Shown one piece after another: positions 1-12,286 of a stretch of DNA of 64,000 nt. Within the stretch, counting starts at the first letter, position 1. Each line of letters starts with the position of its first letter. The translations under genes were made by a program, and so were the position numbers. The DNA is from Klebsormidium nitens. Its lineage: Eukaryota; Plantae; Klebsormidiophyceae. The notes under the pieces are model-generated. The model made no database searches and was not told the origin of the DNA. It worked only from the letters and a program-made list of their open reading frames with translations. The DNA lies in the NCBI GenBank assembly GCA_000708835.1, contig DF237278.1:37894-101893 (forward strand), read 5' to 3'.

Positions 1-223
1 AGCGCAGTCAAACACATTCGGCAAGAACCTGCTCATGGTGCGCAACATCGCCAAGGCCGTCAACGATCTCAACGCCATCAACGGACTGAACATCAACATT
101 CTGAACATCCGGACTCTTGGAAACTCCCTCATCCAAGCGCTCCAAACGTTCGCTTCCCAGTCAGTCGCAATCGGCGCAGACCTCACCAAGACGGCCAAGG
201 CCCTCAGCGGGTGCTCTGCTTGA
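1..223 (+). CDS. 3' end of an unknown protein-coding gene that starts before the window
   Basis: Frame +2 is open from base 2 to the TGA at 221-223 (AQSNTFGKNLLMVRNIAKAVNDLNAINGLNINILNIRTLGNSLIQALQTFASQSVAIGADLTKTAKALSGCSA*). Codons have a strong C/G-ending bias like the other exons. No family recognised. Confidence 0.7.
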   Translation, partial: AQSNTFGKNLLMVRNIAKAVNDLNAINGLNINILNIRTLGNSLIQALQTFASQSVAIGADLTKTAKALSGCSA

Positions 224-1251
224 GGTGAGGCACTTCGTTCTGTTAACCAGGTCCGGTTAAGCTGCCTGTAAAAATCTCCGTCTGGTAAGAGTGAGAAAAT
301 TAGGTTTTCTGATTGGACTACCTTGAACCGAAGTAGCAAGGGATCTCCTATCAATTCAGCACCTGATTCAGCCGTCGAGTCGGTGTCGTCAAGGTCTGAC
401 CGATCTAGCTGCCATCGTTCTTCTCCACTAGTATTGGCTGCGTGCTTCGTGCTTGCAGTTTTGATTGTTCAGCTCCAGCCCCTTTAGAGTTGCTCTTTCT
501 AGGGAGTCTCGTCAGGAAGTCTGTGCCGCGCCGGAGGTCCCTATGTGTGCATCCGATCAAACCGTCTGCACAGGCTCTCAAAAGGGTTTGTCAGAGGCGC
601 TTTCCAATCAAGTTCGACCACGCTTTCGTCAATCATTCGACGGTCAAGGGCTCGTCCCAATCTTGTGCGTGCTCGTATTTGACCAAAATCTTATGCTTTC
701 TGCAGACCCACACGGCCGGGCTCCCAGTTCAATCCGCCACAGACGACGTGTGATGTAGTAGGAATCTCCTCGATTCCCGAACAACGTGGCGGCTGCCAGG
801 ACAGCCGGAGACTCTAGCTTTAAGAACGTTTGGAAAAGATGGGAGAAATAATAGCTTAAGTATCGGATTGTTGTATGATAGTAGGTCGTGTTCTGGGGTC
901 AGCTATATTCAACTGTCACAATGCATAAGCTGCCCCAATAAAGGCGTGTTTGGTACCAAATGGTCTTCAATACAGCCAAGAGGATTTTGTCCAAACGACA
1001 CTACCTAGGATTAGCTTCTGTAAGCAAAGGATGAATGATTGTTGTGAGCTCCCCCTGGCGGCGGAGCGGTTTTGTCGAACTGGTAGGAGTAATAGAACGT
1101 CTGAGTTGTTGACTAGCTGGCCGGTAATCACACCTATAATGATTTCTGGAAGCTTGGACCCCGAAGACGTTTATAACTTCGAACATTTATCGGAATATTG
1201 AACCCATCTGCAGATTCCGTCGGGAATCAGACTTCACAGCCAATCAAAGAT

Positions 1252-1580
1252 CATCTACTCTTGTCGGCCTTGTCATGTATACTGTTCCACGTACACTTTC
1301 CAAGCTGCATCTTTGCAGGGTGCCCTTTTCCATACGCACGTTGACTTAATTGGCCCACGCTCTGTGTGAAACAAAAGGTACTGTTCGAAAGTCGGCACAA
1401 AGTTCGTGTTGGTCTCCAAGTTGTCTTTATCTCTGCCTGCATGGTCTTTCAATCACTTCGCGAGCATCCGTTTCATGTCGTCCTGGCCGTCGGACTCGTT
1501 ACACGCTACCAAATTCGACTTCGCTGACTTTCAACAAAAGATGCTGCTCAGAATGAAGATATCCCCGAAAGTTGCTTAAA
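1252..1580 (-). pseudogene. Decayed coding-like remnant of unknown (TE or viral?) origin
   Basis: One minus frame reads ...NESDGQDDMKRMLAK*LKDHAGRDKDNLETNTNFVPTFEQYLLFHTERGPIKSTCVWKRAPCKDAAWKVYVEQYT*. It is protein-like but broken by TGA stops, possibly from TGG>TGA. No family recognised. Confidence 0.3.
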
Positions 1581-2202
1581 GGAATTGTGAAATTGCGGCC
1601 CTCGCGACACAGTGTCACGAATATAATGCTACGACGATATGGGCGAGACGGCCGTATGATGCAGTCCTTCCCGTATTCTTCAAATCCAAATTGTCAATAA
1701 CCGCATCATGTTTCCAATGACAAGGCCTTTCCAGCTTCGAACAAAATTGCTCTGATCAGGACAGACATTAAAGTGACAGATACTTTCTGTATGCACACCG
1801 CGGGTTGCTCGAGCGAGCATTGTGACAAATGCAGATTCGGGGCATTGACACCCGTTCATGCAGTCCGACATCCAGAAGGCCAATCGGCGTCGGAAGAACT
1901 ACTTCCCGGCTACAAAGAAAGGCAATCAAACAGTGGCAGAAGCACCGAAAGGCGCTGAGAAAATGCAGAAGTGGGCGATCCTTCGAAGATTTGTACACCT
2001 TTAGTAGTGTCACTACAAACGTACTAGGATCGGAAAGGAAAACACTTCAGCTGCGCAACGAAAGGTGCGCGTTTGCTCCACAGTGTGGCTCGTTGCTGCT
2101 GAGGCTTAACCGGTTGAGAAACGAACATATTCGATTCGTACATTCATATTCACCTGAAAGCACTTAATGAACGACCACGGTCGCGCGCGGCCCGGCCCGG
2201 CC

Positions 2203-2520
2203 CACTGCGAGAAACCTTCTGTCCGAACCAGGTCCGAACCGGATCCGAACTGAATTTGCGGTCCGGATCAGGTTTGGACAGGTTCGGATCCAGTTCAGAC
2301 ACGTTTCAGACTGGTGCTACAAGACGGACATGAGAGTTCGGATCCGATTCGGACCAGGTGTTTGAATTAGGTTTGGACTCCTTTGGACCAGGATTTCTGT
2401 CCGGATTAGACACTTTCAGACGTAATCCGGACACCTCCAAAATGTTACATTCTGTCCGAAACGCAATCCGAGAGGGTTTCCAAGCGCGTCCGGTGCTGAT
2501 CTGAATCCAATCAAAGTCTA
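2203..2520 (+). repeat. CACTG-terminated repeat with many short subterminal TCCGAAC/GGATCC-like motifs (possible CACTA-type transposon end)
   Basis: Starts CACTGCGAGAAACCTTCTGTCCGAACCAGGTCCGAACC, followed by dense (G)TCCGAAC, TTCGGA(T/C)C and TTGGAC motifs in both orientations. A related sequence lies in inverted orientation at 22660-22826. Confidence 0.5.
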
Positions 2521-5500
2521 CGACACTTGCTGAGGATGAAGTCCAGCGTTCGTTCTTTGCAAAGCTAGTCCGACACTGCAACGGATCTACCTTCGTCTGA
2601 GTAGTGCTTGCTAGAGCTATGTCCCAGACGTTCTGTCAAATAACTTGATCCGTTGCTCATTTGCGTTCCCGCCCCTTTCGTTTTCCAATCCGACTCTTCT
2701 TGTCACTGTTCCCTACAGCATTGGCCTCCGCTTCAGAGCCCCCATCGCCCTTAAGACCAACTTGAGGACCCCACTCGCTTTCCTTGCCCGGCGGGCTCAT
2801 GGCGCGCGTGGTCGGAAGCGATCTCCTCGTGGAAGACACGTGGCCGCGATATCCATTTGTAAGCAGAGAACTTTGCAATTGCTCGCCTGTGGCTCGCTTT
2901 CAGTTTTCGACTGATCTAACATACTGTTCCCTTGATACACAAACGGTCGTGCTGCGTCTTCAGACGCTTACTGGCAGCAACTGACAGAATCCGTTAGGAG
3001 GCATGTGGGAGGCATGTGGGAGGCATACCGCCTTAGTCACCCAAAAGATCACCCTTCCGATTTCTGGATTCTGTACCCCTGAGCCCAACTAGATCGAGCG
3101 CCTTCGCCGAAACGTGATAGTGGGCAGAAAGGCAGAATCTTGGGGAATTCCCTTACAATGCAAGCGCGCGCAGTCTTGATCTCTGGAACGAGCCAAGCTG
3201 AGCCTTAGCCTGGCGTTTCTACCGGCCGCTTTTCCTAACAGTCTCGTCAGCGTAAAGTCAGCAAATTTTGATCCCAGAACACGCCAAGCTCGATTGAAGG
3301 GTGGTGCGCATCTTCTCAGAGTTACGCCAGAGCTCAATTTGCCGAAACTGTGGCTTTGGAGCACTCGAGCTTCTACTGCGTCCTATTTCAAATTCTGCGA
3401 ACTCAGCAGTTGCACTACTTATGGGCACCGCGTCACCCCCGCGTCAATGATACATAAAAGCGCGCCGGCTGATGCACTTATCATTCCGGTCCGCCCAGGA
3501 GTCTGCGACTCTGCTTCCCGTCAAAAGTATTTCCGAACTAGTGTATCAAAGTCGATCCAATAATCCTGCCAGGTTTATCAGGCTTGACTGGGATTGATGC
3601 AATAGTGCTGAGCTGGCAGACGCCCTGCCGTTAGGCACCCAATCAGGTAATGAGAGATTCTGCTCTAGGGGCCAGCCAGGACTTCCATACATGGATCGGG
3701 ATGCTGAACTTGCTTACAGTGCAAAGTTTAAGCGCTGAGCTTTGTTCCGCACAAGACACGGGGTTTGTTACTGGGGTAAATTTACACTGAGGACAGCTAG
3801 GTCGTCCAAGAGGGTGCTCAGGTGATCTTCAACCTACGGAGCAGAGGGCCAGTAATCCGTGGGCTCTTTTGGGTTCATGTACAAACCCAATCCAGAGGTC
3901 ACGCTGCCGCACACGGACCCAATCCAACACCCTAACTGACTCCACCCGTCAAGTTCCTGTTCAGTGCCCGGCTTAGAGTTTCGCTGTGTGATGTAATCTA
4001 AGTTGGCAGGTTTCGGCTGGAAGAACCCAAGAGAAAAGTCCAGAAATCAGATCAATTGAACAGTGGGCGCCGGCGCTTCATCAGTGGTTTCGTGAGACGC
4101 AAACCGAGGGAAACCTGGCCAGCAACTGGGGAACCGCATGCCCGAATAGAGGACAGAACACGAGAACAGAAGCTCGTCGGGTTTGCTAGAGCCTCAGTCT
4201 TCTCTTGAAACATGCTCTTAATTGACGGCGTCAAGCCCACCAACATTAATGGCTGCTCGCATGCGGTGCCCTTCTAGATCGCTGACAACGCTGGATTGAT
4301 TAATCCCAGAAAGGGTGCGTTGATCCTTTCAGGACAGACATGAAGGGCGATCGTACGTCACGAACGATCGGCAATCCAAAAACAGTTCTCTGCTTCTTGC
4401 GCCAGGCCTTCCAGCTCCGGGGTAAAAGTTGCCAGATCTCAATTCAAGCTCTTCGACAACGAGTCTCGCACGCGCGCGCACCATTCATACCGCGAAGAAC
4501 CTTTTTGCCTCGCAGGTGCCGCTGAAAGTTAATGCCCGTATACGGGTGTCACGATCAGGATGCCAGTCTGCAACTTCCACTCGGTGAGAAGACAAGAGAC
4601 GGCCACCGGGCGCCGGGCCGGTTCTTGTATAACAACCGCCCACGTCTTCGACGGAACTACGGAACAGCGGAGCTTCCGCAAGATTACCGCGGGCTTCTGG
4701 GACTACAATCTGTTGCCGTCGTAAGCTCCAACAGAAACTGTTGAGAATTGTGCGTGGTGGGGGATTGCAAAAAGTCGTCACCAAAACAAGGCTCAAGTAA
4801 AGCTTCGAAGTGTCAGCATAGCGCTCAGTTGAGTTGCGTGGTGCTTCCGGCGCGTCAGGAGATCGAACGGACTGGGGCGGAGCCACGGAGCCACGTGAAC
4901 CATGGTCTTGCACCTGTGCAGGTACGATTTTCCGCTGAATGAGCGCCTGGAAAACGGTAGGACGCCAGGGCAAGAAGCGCGAGACCCAGTCTTAGGTACT
5001 GGTTGCTGAGCGCATTCACTATTTCTCTGATCCGGGCGGCCCATTGGCGGCCGCGCGGGCGCGGGCGCACGGCCGGGCCAGCTGAGGCGCGCGCGCTCCT
5101 GCCAGTATTCTACTCCATGACGGCACGCGAGCGCGCGGAAGGCAATTGATTACAGCCCCCATAAAGCGAGTTTTTCTATGTATTTCGAATCGTGGGCGAT
5201 TTGCATCATCCGGGCCCCATGCGGGCTTGCCCGCAACTAAAACTGTGACGGTGATGATTTAGGCAAAGTTTCAGCTCGGATATGCCTGTGCATGCACGGG
5301 GGCCGGGGGCTTCAACCAATCCAAGGACGTTCAACTCGAGCGCCCATTGTGGCGATGTAGAGATATGGGGCTCGTCTGCAGTGCCTGTGGCTGGAAATTA
5401 TGCACTGGGTTTTACGAGGACTGCATAAGGTGGAATTTCAAACGATTCGTCGCTGTGCCAGCATATTTTCCATGACGTTCACTTTGAGAATCGGTAATCA

Positions 5501-6290
5501 CCACCATCTTTATTTTTTGCAGAGAATCTCGGGCTTGCTTAAGTAGATGCTTTCGAAGTGCAATAGCTAGCGAGGTGGCACTCATCATCATTGTAAATTC
5601 ATGCCCGACCGCGTCTGTCCGCATCATCTCGAAGCGAAAGTGAAAGTATCCGGCGAGTCAAAGCTAGTGTAGTGGCACCTTTATGAAGTTCCCAGGCAAA
5701 CACATTGAGAATGTTCCTGACAAGTGAATGCGGACTTTGGGGCCGGTATTCTAATGCAAACATCAAGCATGCAATCTCGATGATTGTGGGTAATGAAGAA
5801 TGGGTCGATGTAAGCGTGGTCAGTCTCGAACACGTTCCAGAGATAAAGGTTTGTATATTGTTGTCAATTGCAACAAAACGTTGAACACTGTTGAGTTGAG
5901 GCTACAGCTCGGTAGGAAAGCTGCCCGCTTCCTTCGTAAGGCGCGCACAATTTGGCGCAGGTCCTACTAGTGCTTGTTCCAGTGTTTGGCTAGGATACAG
6001 AAACTTTCTAGGCTTCACATCGACAACTAGGACGACAAAACTCGTAACCAAATATCGGCGTGTGCCGGTTAATCAATACGCGCGAAGCAAAGCGCAGAGC
6101 CTTTCCATGGCCGCCATCCAGTCCCGGCCGCCCCACCCGAACCCTCCCACCGTTTCTAAATAGGGCACTCGTTATTTGCATGTGCTCGTATACCCGCCGC
6201 TCGACCTCCTACATGAAGCTGATCTCGATATATCTAGTGGAGCTCGAATAGGACTGAACCAGTAATTACCAACCGGTCACTTTTGAGGGG

Positions 6291-9200
6291 TCATTTCCGG
6301 GCGATTAATGGCGACCGGTTGGTGCACAGTTCGTGGTCGTGGCAGCCCTGCATCTGCCAGGCCCAGCGCATGTTGGCGATATTCTCCGAGAAGATGGACC
6401 CGTGGCTGCTGATGAACACCGTCGATGACGCGCAGATGAACTTCTCGAGCAGCGCTTGCACCTGCGATCACGAGGGGAGCTTTTACTTCACTGAGTTGAG
6501 TGCTGCTTTTTACGCATTGGAAAATTTGGTCTATGAGCTTTCAGAACAACAGAGATTGTCGATGTTTTCTAAGAATTGGGGGAGATTTGTGTGTGGGACT
6601 TCAGGAGAACGAACAGCTTCAAGGAGGCTTTGGCAGCGCTTCATAACTTGCGGCTGAAAAACAGAGTCGAGTCGAAGCCGGGCAAGCTTGTAGGTCTAAA
6701 AGATGTCGTTCAACTCCGATGCAGGAAATTGAGGCAGGCTGAATAAAGATCCAGTATTTGCAACTCCAGAACGGAAAGCAACGAAATCCAGGCGCAAAAA
6801 CGCAGTCAATGGAAGCAGGTTAGACGTGAAACTAGAGGCTGAGTTCGTGATCCGCCAACAAACTGCTGCGAATCAAGAAGTGGGCCTCTACTATTACAGA
6901 TCGCGAAACGGCCAGTCCTTGGCCCAACGATACGGTTTGCCCCACGAAACTGGTCAATGAACTGTTCAGCAAATCGTGATGAAGGTGGACCCCCGCTGCA
7001 AACCCGCTCCCAAACCCACCTGGTTAGTGGTCGGTAAGGACTTGGCCCAGCGGTACTGGCCCCAATCGTCCATCCCCGGGAGGCGCACCGTCTGGATGCC
7101 AGCCATCGCCAGGAGTGACGTCAGCTGCTCCATCTCGGAACTGGGCGCGTTGGTCGCCATGAAAAGGGTGCGGATGCCACTACCGCGCAGCCCCGCGATG
7201 AGGCACTCGGCGACCTGGGGGATCGGGATGGTGACGTAGCGCTCGTCGGGGGAGGTGTTGATGCGTGTGCTGGGGGAAAGGAAGAAAACAACTTTGAGAA
7301 ACTTTCATGAGCTGTTTGGAAATCCAGCAAAGGAAAGTGACTTGGCGAGTTGAAGATGCGCGGGGTGCAGGTGTGGAGGAAAAGAAAGCTGAGCGACACT
7401 GTGAGACGACCATTTAGAGAAAAGAGCAGAGGCGCGGGTCGGAGTGCTTTTGATGGAAACAAAGGGGTTGCTTGATCGTATTCTTGCAGAGTTCTTGATA
7501 GAAAGCAACCAGGCTCTAGCGCCACGTGCCTTGGGAGAAGTGGGAGGTGGTTATCCGTCTCATCTCGCTTATGCCTGATTTGGACAATGTGAAGAATGTT
7601 CGCAAATTAGTATAAATTTCCCTGCTGCCAGGCCACTTTCGCTTGGTCTTTCCTTCAAAATTGGGTCCTCGGAGCGTATCAGGGAGCAAAGACTGAAGGC
7701 AGGAGAACGCAACTAGACTCATGCAGAAACAACAAAAGCTGGCTTCAGGATTGAGGACCTCCAATGAAACTAGAGGCAAGCCGAATTTTAGAATTGAAGT
7801 ACCAAGGACGTTTTGGCTCCTCACAATTTGCTCTGGTCCCCCGTGAGTTTGACGTAGTCCAGGAAATCCCCCCTGCGGAGGTGGACTGCCGCATATTCGC
7901 TCCCCAGCGCTGATAGGATATACTTCTTGGCGGCCAAGCGGATGGTCCCGCTGGGTTGCAGGACCTCGTTCACCAGATTGCACTTGACGCTGGGGTTGTA
8001 TTGCCAGAGAGTGCTAAGGTGGGTTGCTTCTGACACCTGTCAAGAAAAGTACGGTCGTTGTGACACCTGTCAAAGAAGTCCATCGGATGTGGAGTGGGGT
8101 TGAAGTCCTCAAAGCTTGCGGCGTACCGCACAGCTTTCTTCATTGTTTAAGGCTTTTGAGAAAAGCCCTCCAGTGAGTGAGCCAACGAGATCCTAGTCAG
8201 GTGTATGGGCTCAGACAGCTGGTTGACACGCGGGAAGAAACGATTTGGTCAAGTTGCCCGGAAAGAGGAGGCAAAGATCAGAACAAGATGCCTGCCGCCA
8301 ACTGGGGCAGCTGTTATGGAAGCGCCAGAAGAGATTTCTGTGCATTTGTTGGTGCCGCTTAGGAACCTTGATAGAGAAACTGGCGATATAGTAAACAGCA
8401 CTGGCACAATTGGATCAAAAAACTGACAAGACTCAGCGGATCTTATTTGAAATAACGGGAGTTTCTGGTCAAGTTTGGTTTTTTTTGGCTTGACAAGAAG
8501 TTGCTCAGGTAGGCAGAAGCCAGAGAGGGCTTATAGGACAATCGATGCATGCACCTCTGGAAAGCTATGCTCGGCCGATTTCACATGTAAGGGAGATGGG
8601 TAGCATGGGGTGCGACCGCATTAGAGCATCGCTGGAAACAAGGGTTATCCTTACCAGTGACACTCAAGATCATGGCTGTCGACCAAAATGCTCTACACTT
8701 GATAAAGATCTTCCAAACCAGTACCACATCACCATACACGATAAATATTTCCAATGCCCAAAGGATGAAAGACCCAACAGCGCAAACTTCTTGCTCCGTA
8801 GGAAACTGCATCCTTAACATGTACCAAAGAGGCAAGCGAGAAAGCTTCATTGTCTGCAGCGTTGCCACGCAGCTCAACAGCTTTATGCAAAGCAGGCTAG
8901 CGCATTGACACTAGCTTGCAAGAACCAGTCGCAACATGTCTTGGAGAGCATGTGTTCAAACACTTAGGGAGGCTCATCTGCTCAGCGTCAGCTGCTTCTT
9001 GCATCAAAACTGCTTCAAACAGAGATGGAAGCCGTTCAAATGAGCCCTTCTGCACACTCACCCACAGGACGTCCGCAGAGAAGTTGAGCGCAGTCTGGAC
9101 GTCTGTGACGTCACTCCCCAGCACGTCGATCGCACCAAACTCTGCATGCAGCATATCCTTTCCCAGCTGCATTCCCCCCACACACCGCTGCTTCTCGTCA

Positions 9201-9924
9201 ATGTGGTACACACACAAACCCTGGACCGTTAACCCTTGGTTAACCTGCTGGAAGTCTGCCCACGACAAGCTCTGCGCTTCCCCCGTGCAATAGTTGGCCA
9301 GCCTCAAATCCAACACGTCGGCGGGGTCTAGATCCACCTGCACATTGTCCCCCCCGCTGCTCTCCTCCAGCTGCGTCCACGGCGCAATGACGAGCGTTCT
9401 CTTGAGCGCGACCGCAAGGTTCATGCTCTTTTGAAGACACACCATCCGGTTTGAGAACCCCCCAATGTGGCACCCCGCAATCAGGTACTTGTTCTCCGCA
9501 GCTTCCCAGGGGACGTTCCCCTCCAACATTCCCAGCTTCCTCTGCTGACAGGGGGCCCCCTCCTCCCAACTGATGAGCGATGCAGTCCCGGCTTGGGAAA
9601 GCGGGGCCCCCGCGGGACTCGCCGCCCGTTTCAGGTCCCGCATCTCCTGCCGCAGCGAGACGACCGTCTCGTTCAGCGCATCCTTCAGCTCCTGGACCCC
9701 CCCCCCGGAAGTGGGGGCCCTGCTTGGAAAGCTGTCCTCGGCGCGCTCGANNNNNNNNNNNNNNNNNNNNCGTACCAGCATCGTGAGGACCCAGCACGAA
9801 GACCGATGGAAAGGTCGCGCACGCTGAACGGCAGGCGGAACCCTGTTGTCTGCATGGCCTGGTGTTGGTGCGAGTACGGACTGCCCCCCTGTTTTTGGGC
9901 GCTTGCTCGGGGCGGCGAGTGCAT
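6291..9924 (-). CDS. O-fucosyltransferase family protein (PF10250; plant At5g50420/At1g17270-like, POFUT2-like fold)
   Basis: Exons about 9924(start uncertain, N gap at 9751-9770)-9062, 8036-7825, 7269-7020 and 6461-6291, all GT-AG with compatible phases. Motifs: WEAAENKYLIAGCHIGGFSNRMVCLQKSMNLAVALKRTLVI, YAAVHLRRGDF, TIPIPQVAECL, LFMATNA, QALLEKFICASSTVFISSHGSIFSENIANMR. These parallel the plant family motifs I recall (ICLSGQMSNHLICLEK, LHLRRHGF, YPIPQAADC, AMLDKTICAMSSVFIGASGSTFTEDI). Confidence 0.9.
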
Positions 9925-12286
9925 GCCTTTTGAGCTCAGGGACAGCTTTTCTCGCAGCAGACTTTCTGCCCTGCTGCTTTTTGTGGTGACTGTGGGAGAA
10001 GTGCAACCAGGGGAAAAGAGCTCTGATGCAGGGAGAGAGCTGCGCTGACTTGCGGGCGGCTGTTTGGAGCTCAGCTGAGGCTCTGAGCTGGAGGGAGGGC
10101 GACCACTCTAGTTTCTGGAGCAGGCTTGGTTCTTCCAGAGACGCACTGGAGCTCCAAGATTGCGGGGAAGATAAGGGCTGCTAGCATGTCGCACCTCAAA
10201 AACCAAGGGAGCTGAGTGGAGCTAATACAGACTGAGCTGAGAGACTAGGAAGTGCACGTGCTCAAGTGGCTGTCACTGCAAAGGGCTTTCTCTGCGGGCG
10301 AGCTACCTGGTTCTCTCTGCTTTCTTGTCAAAGTGCTCTAAGGTCGGCGAAGTCAGTACCAAACTGGGAAAGACGGAAAGATTCTGCTGGAGGACGGTAA
10401 GATTTGTCCTGTCCGTCCGATGGTCGTCATGGTCACTGACAGCTGTGCGGAGATAGCAGCCGACGCCCTACTTGGTACTGCTCCTCGCTGAGTCTTGTTC
10501 GCTTCCAAAGCTTTAGGGGACGCACCTTTCAGCTGTACTCCACCATTCACACTATGTAGCATCCGTCATTTAGTTGCAGCATGTACAGACTAGGTGTACC
10601 GGTAGGTAGTATACGTACGGATGCTGCTTATTGTTATGTGACATCTTACCGTACATATTACCGCGTTTTTGCAGCTCTGTACACCTGTGCTGGTCGCTGC
10701 GCGAGCCTAGAGAGGTGAGCTAGGTAGTGAGGCTGCAGGCATCTTGACGTCAAGCGAGGAATGTCTGTACCTGTTCATTGTCAGGACTCTGTTCCTGTTT
10801 CTGCATAATGGCCTCCCAGGCTCTTTCAATGACATAGGTAATCGCTCCAGCAAGGTGGAACGTCGCTCTTGCTGCTGTCAGGTCAGTATGCCGTAGACGT
10901 TGCGAGTGCGGGCACCTTCGAAGTTTGGCGCACTCTTGAGTAGGGTATTGCCAGTTTGCCTGTTCACATTGCACAGTGCGCAGTGCACACCCTATCTAAA
11001 GGGTGTACTGATGTGTGCTACGGAGACCCGATCGACCTCACAAGCCGAAGGTAGCTCGAGGGTCTTCAGTCGACAAGTGGCGAGCCGCCACGTGTACAAG
11101 GGTTCTTGTTTGCAATAATTGCTTGTCGGTGTCTAGAGTACTGACGTCAAGAGCGCTCAAATCAAGCGAAAGTAAGTGCGCCGGTCTGCAGACGGTGTCG
11201 GTCTGTACACACAGTCGACAGCCAAAGTACTGAAATTTAGAGCGGAACTGCCTGCTAGGTACACTGAGACAAAGTTGAGTTCAAATGTACCCGATAGAGC
11301 GGCACCTGAAGGCCGACTCCGAGTCCCAGTTGAGAGGACTACGGTACCTAGCTAGGTACCGGCATACCGTAGCTGGTAACAGTCCAAGTGAAGTCATAGC
11401 GGTCGGGTTGCGCAATGTGGAAGCCCTAGACCGATCCCGCTTGTGCAGTATGCTCCTCATGAGGATGGTCTGTACCGGTACTACCTAGATATTACCCACC
11501 TAGATTTCCTGACGGTGTGCACATGCTTCCTGTTGGCTCACTGCTAGCTAGCTGCCAGTCGCAGCCACCTGATACAAAGTATCATACTTAGTATACTTAC
11601 CTAGTATGAGGTGGGAAAGGCACCCTTCCCGTTTTCACCCCCTTGGCACCGCGAGCCACCTGTGCCTGTAAAGTGCCAGTATTAGGGGAAAGAAAGGGGG
11701 GGAATTTAAAGCCTTTTGAACGGTTTGGAACTCTGCGGTATAGGTACCCTAGCAGCCAGCAGAGACTGCCTCCCCACTAGCTACTCAGTAAAGCACGTTG
11801 CTTATCATCAGCCCTCTTAGCAGCTGTACAATCTAGAGCGACCCGTGCTTGACAAGCTGTGTACGTAAGCTGGCGTCAGCTGCCCATGACGCTACAATAT
11901 TTTGGCGCAGCCTCAGCGTATGTCAGCAATGGGGCGCTGTTCCTCGCACCAACGACAGTACCTACGTTCGCTCTCATCCACTTCGTCTTCGCCCACAGCT
12001 CAAGAAAAGAAAAAGATAGACTCCCAGCCACACTCTACAAGAACGCAGAGTCCGCAAGTGGAGGAAGAAGCAGGAAAGGAGGCCGCCCCCTACGTCGGAT
12101 TGACTCTCCAGCTTCCCACTCGAGCTCCCCTCTGCGCTTCCTTCTTCTCAGCTAAGAGTACTGAGCTCCCCTTGCCAGCAGCTGGCCCCCTCCTTGTCAG
12201 CAACTACCCACTCCGTGTTAGCCACCCCCCTCCTTGTCAGCACCCTCGTACTAGACTTGTAGAAGGAAAGTCTGTAGGTAGGGAAG

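Noticed and set aside
8897-9061. Extension of O-FucT exon 1 to the stop at 8897
   Set aside because: A strong donor, TGG|GTGAGT at 9062/9061, joins in phase to exon 2 and restores the family alignment.
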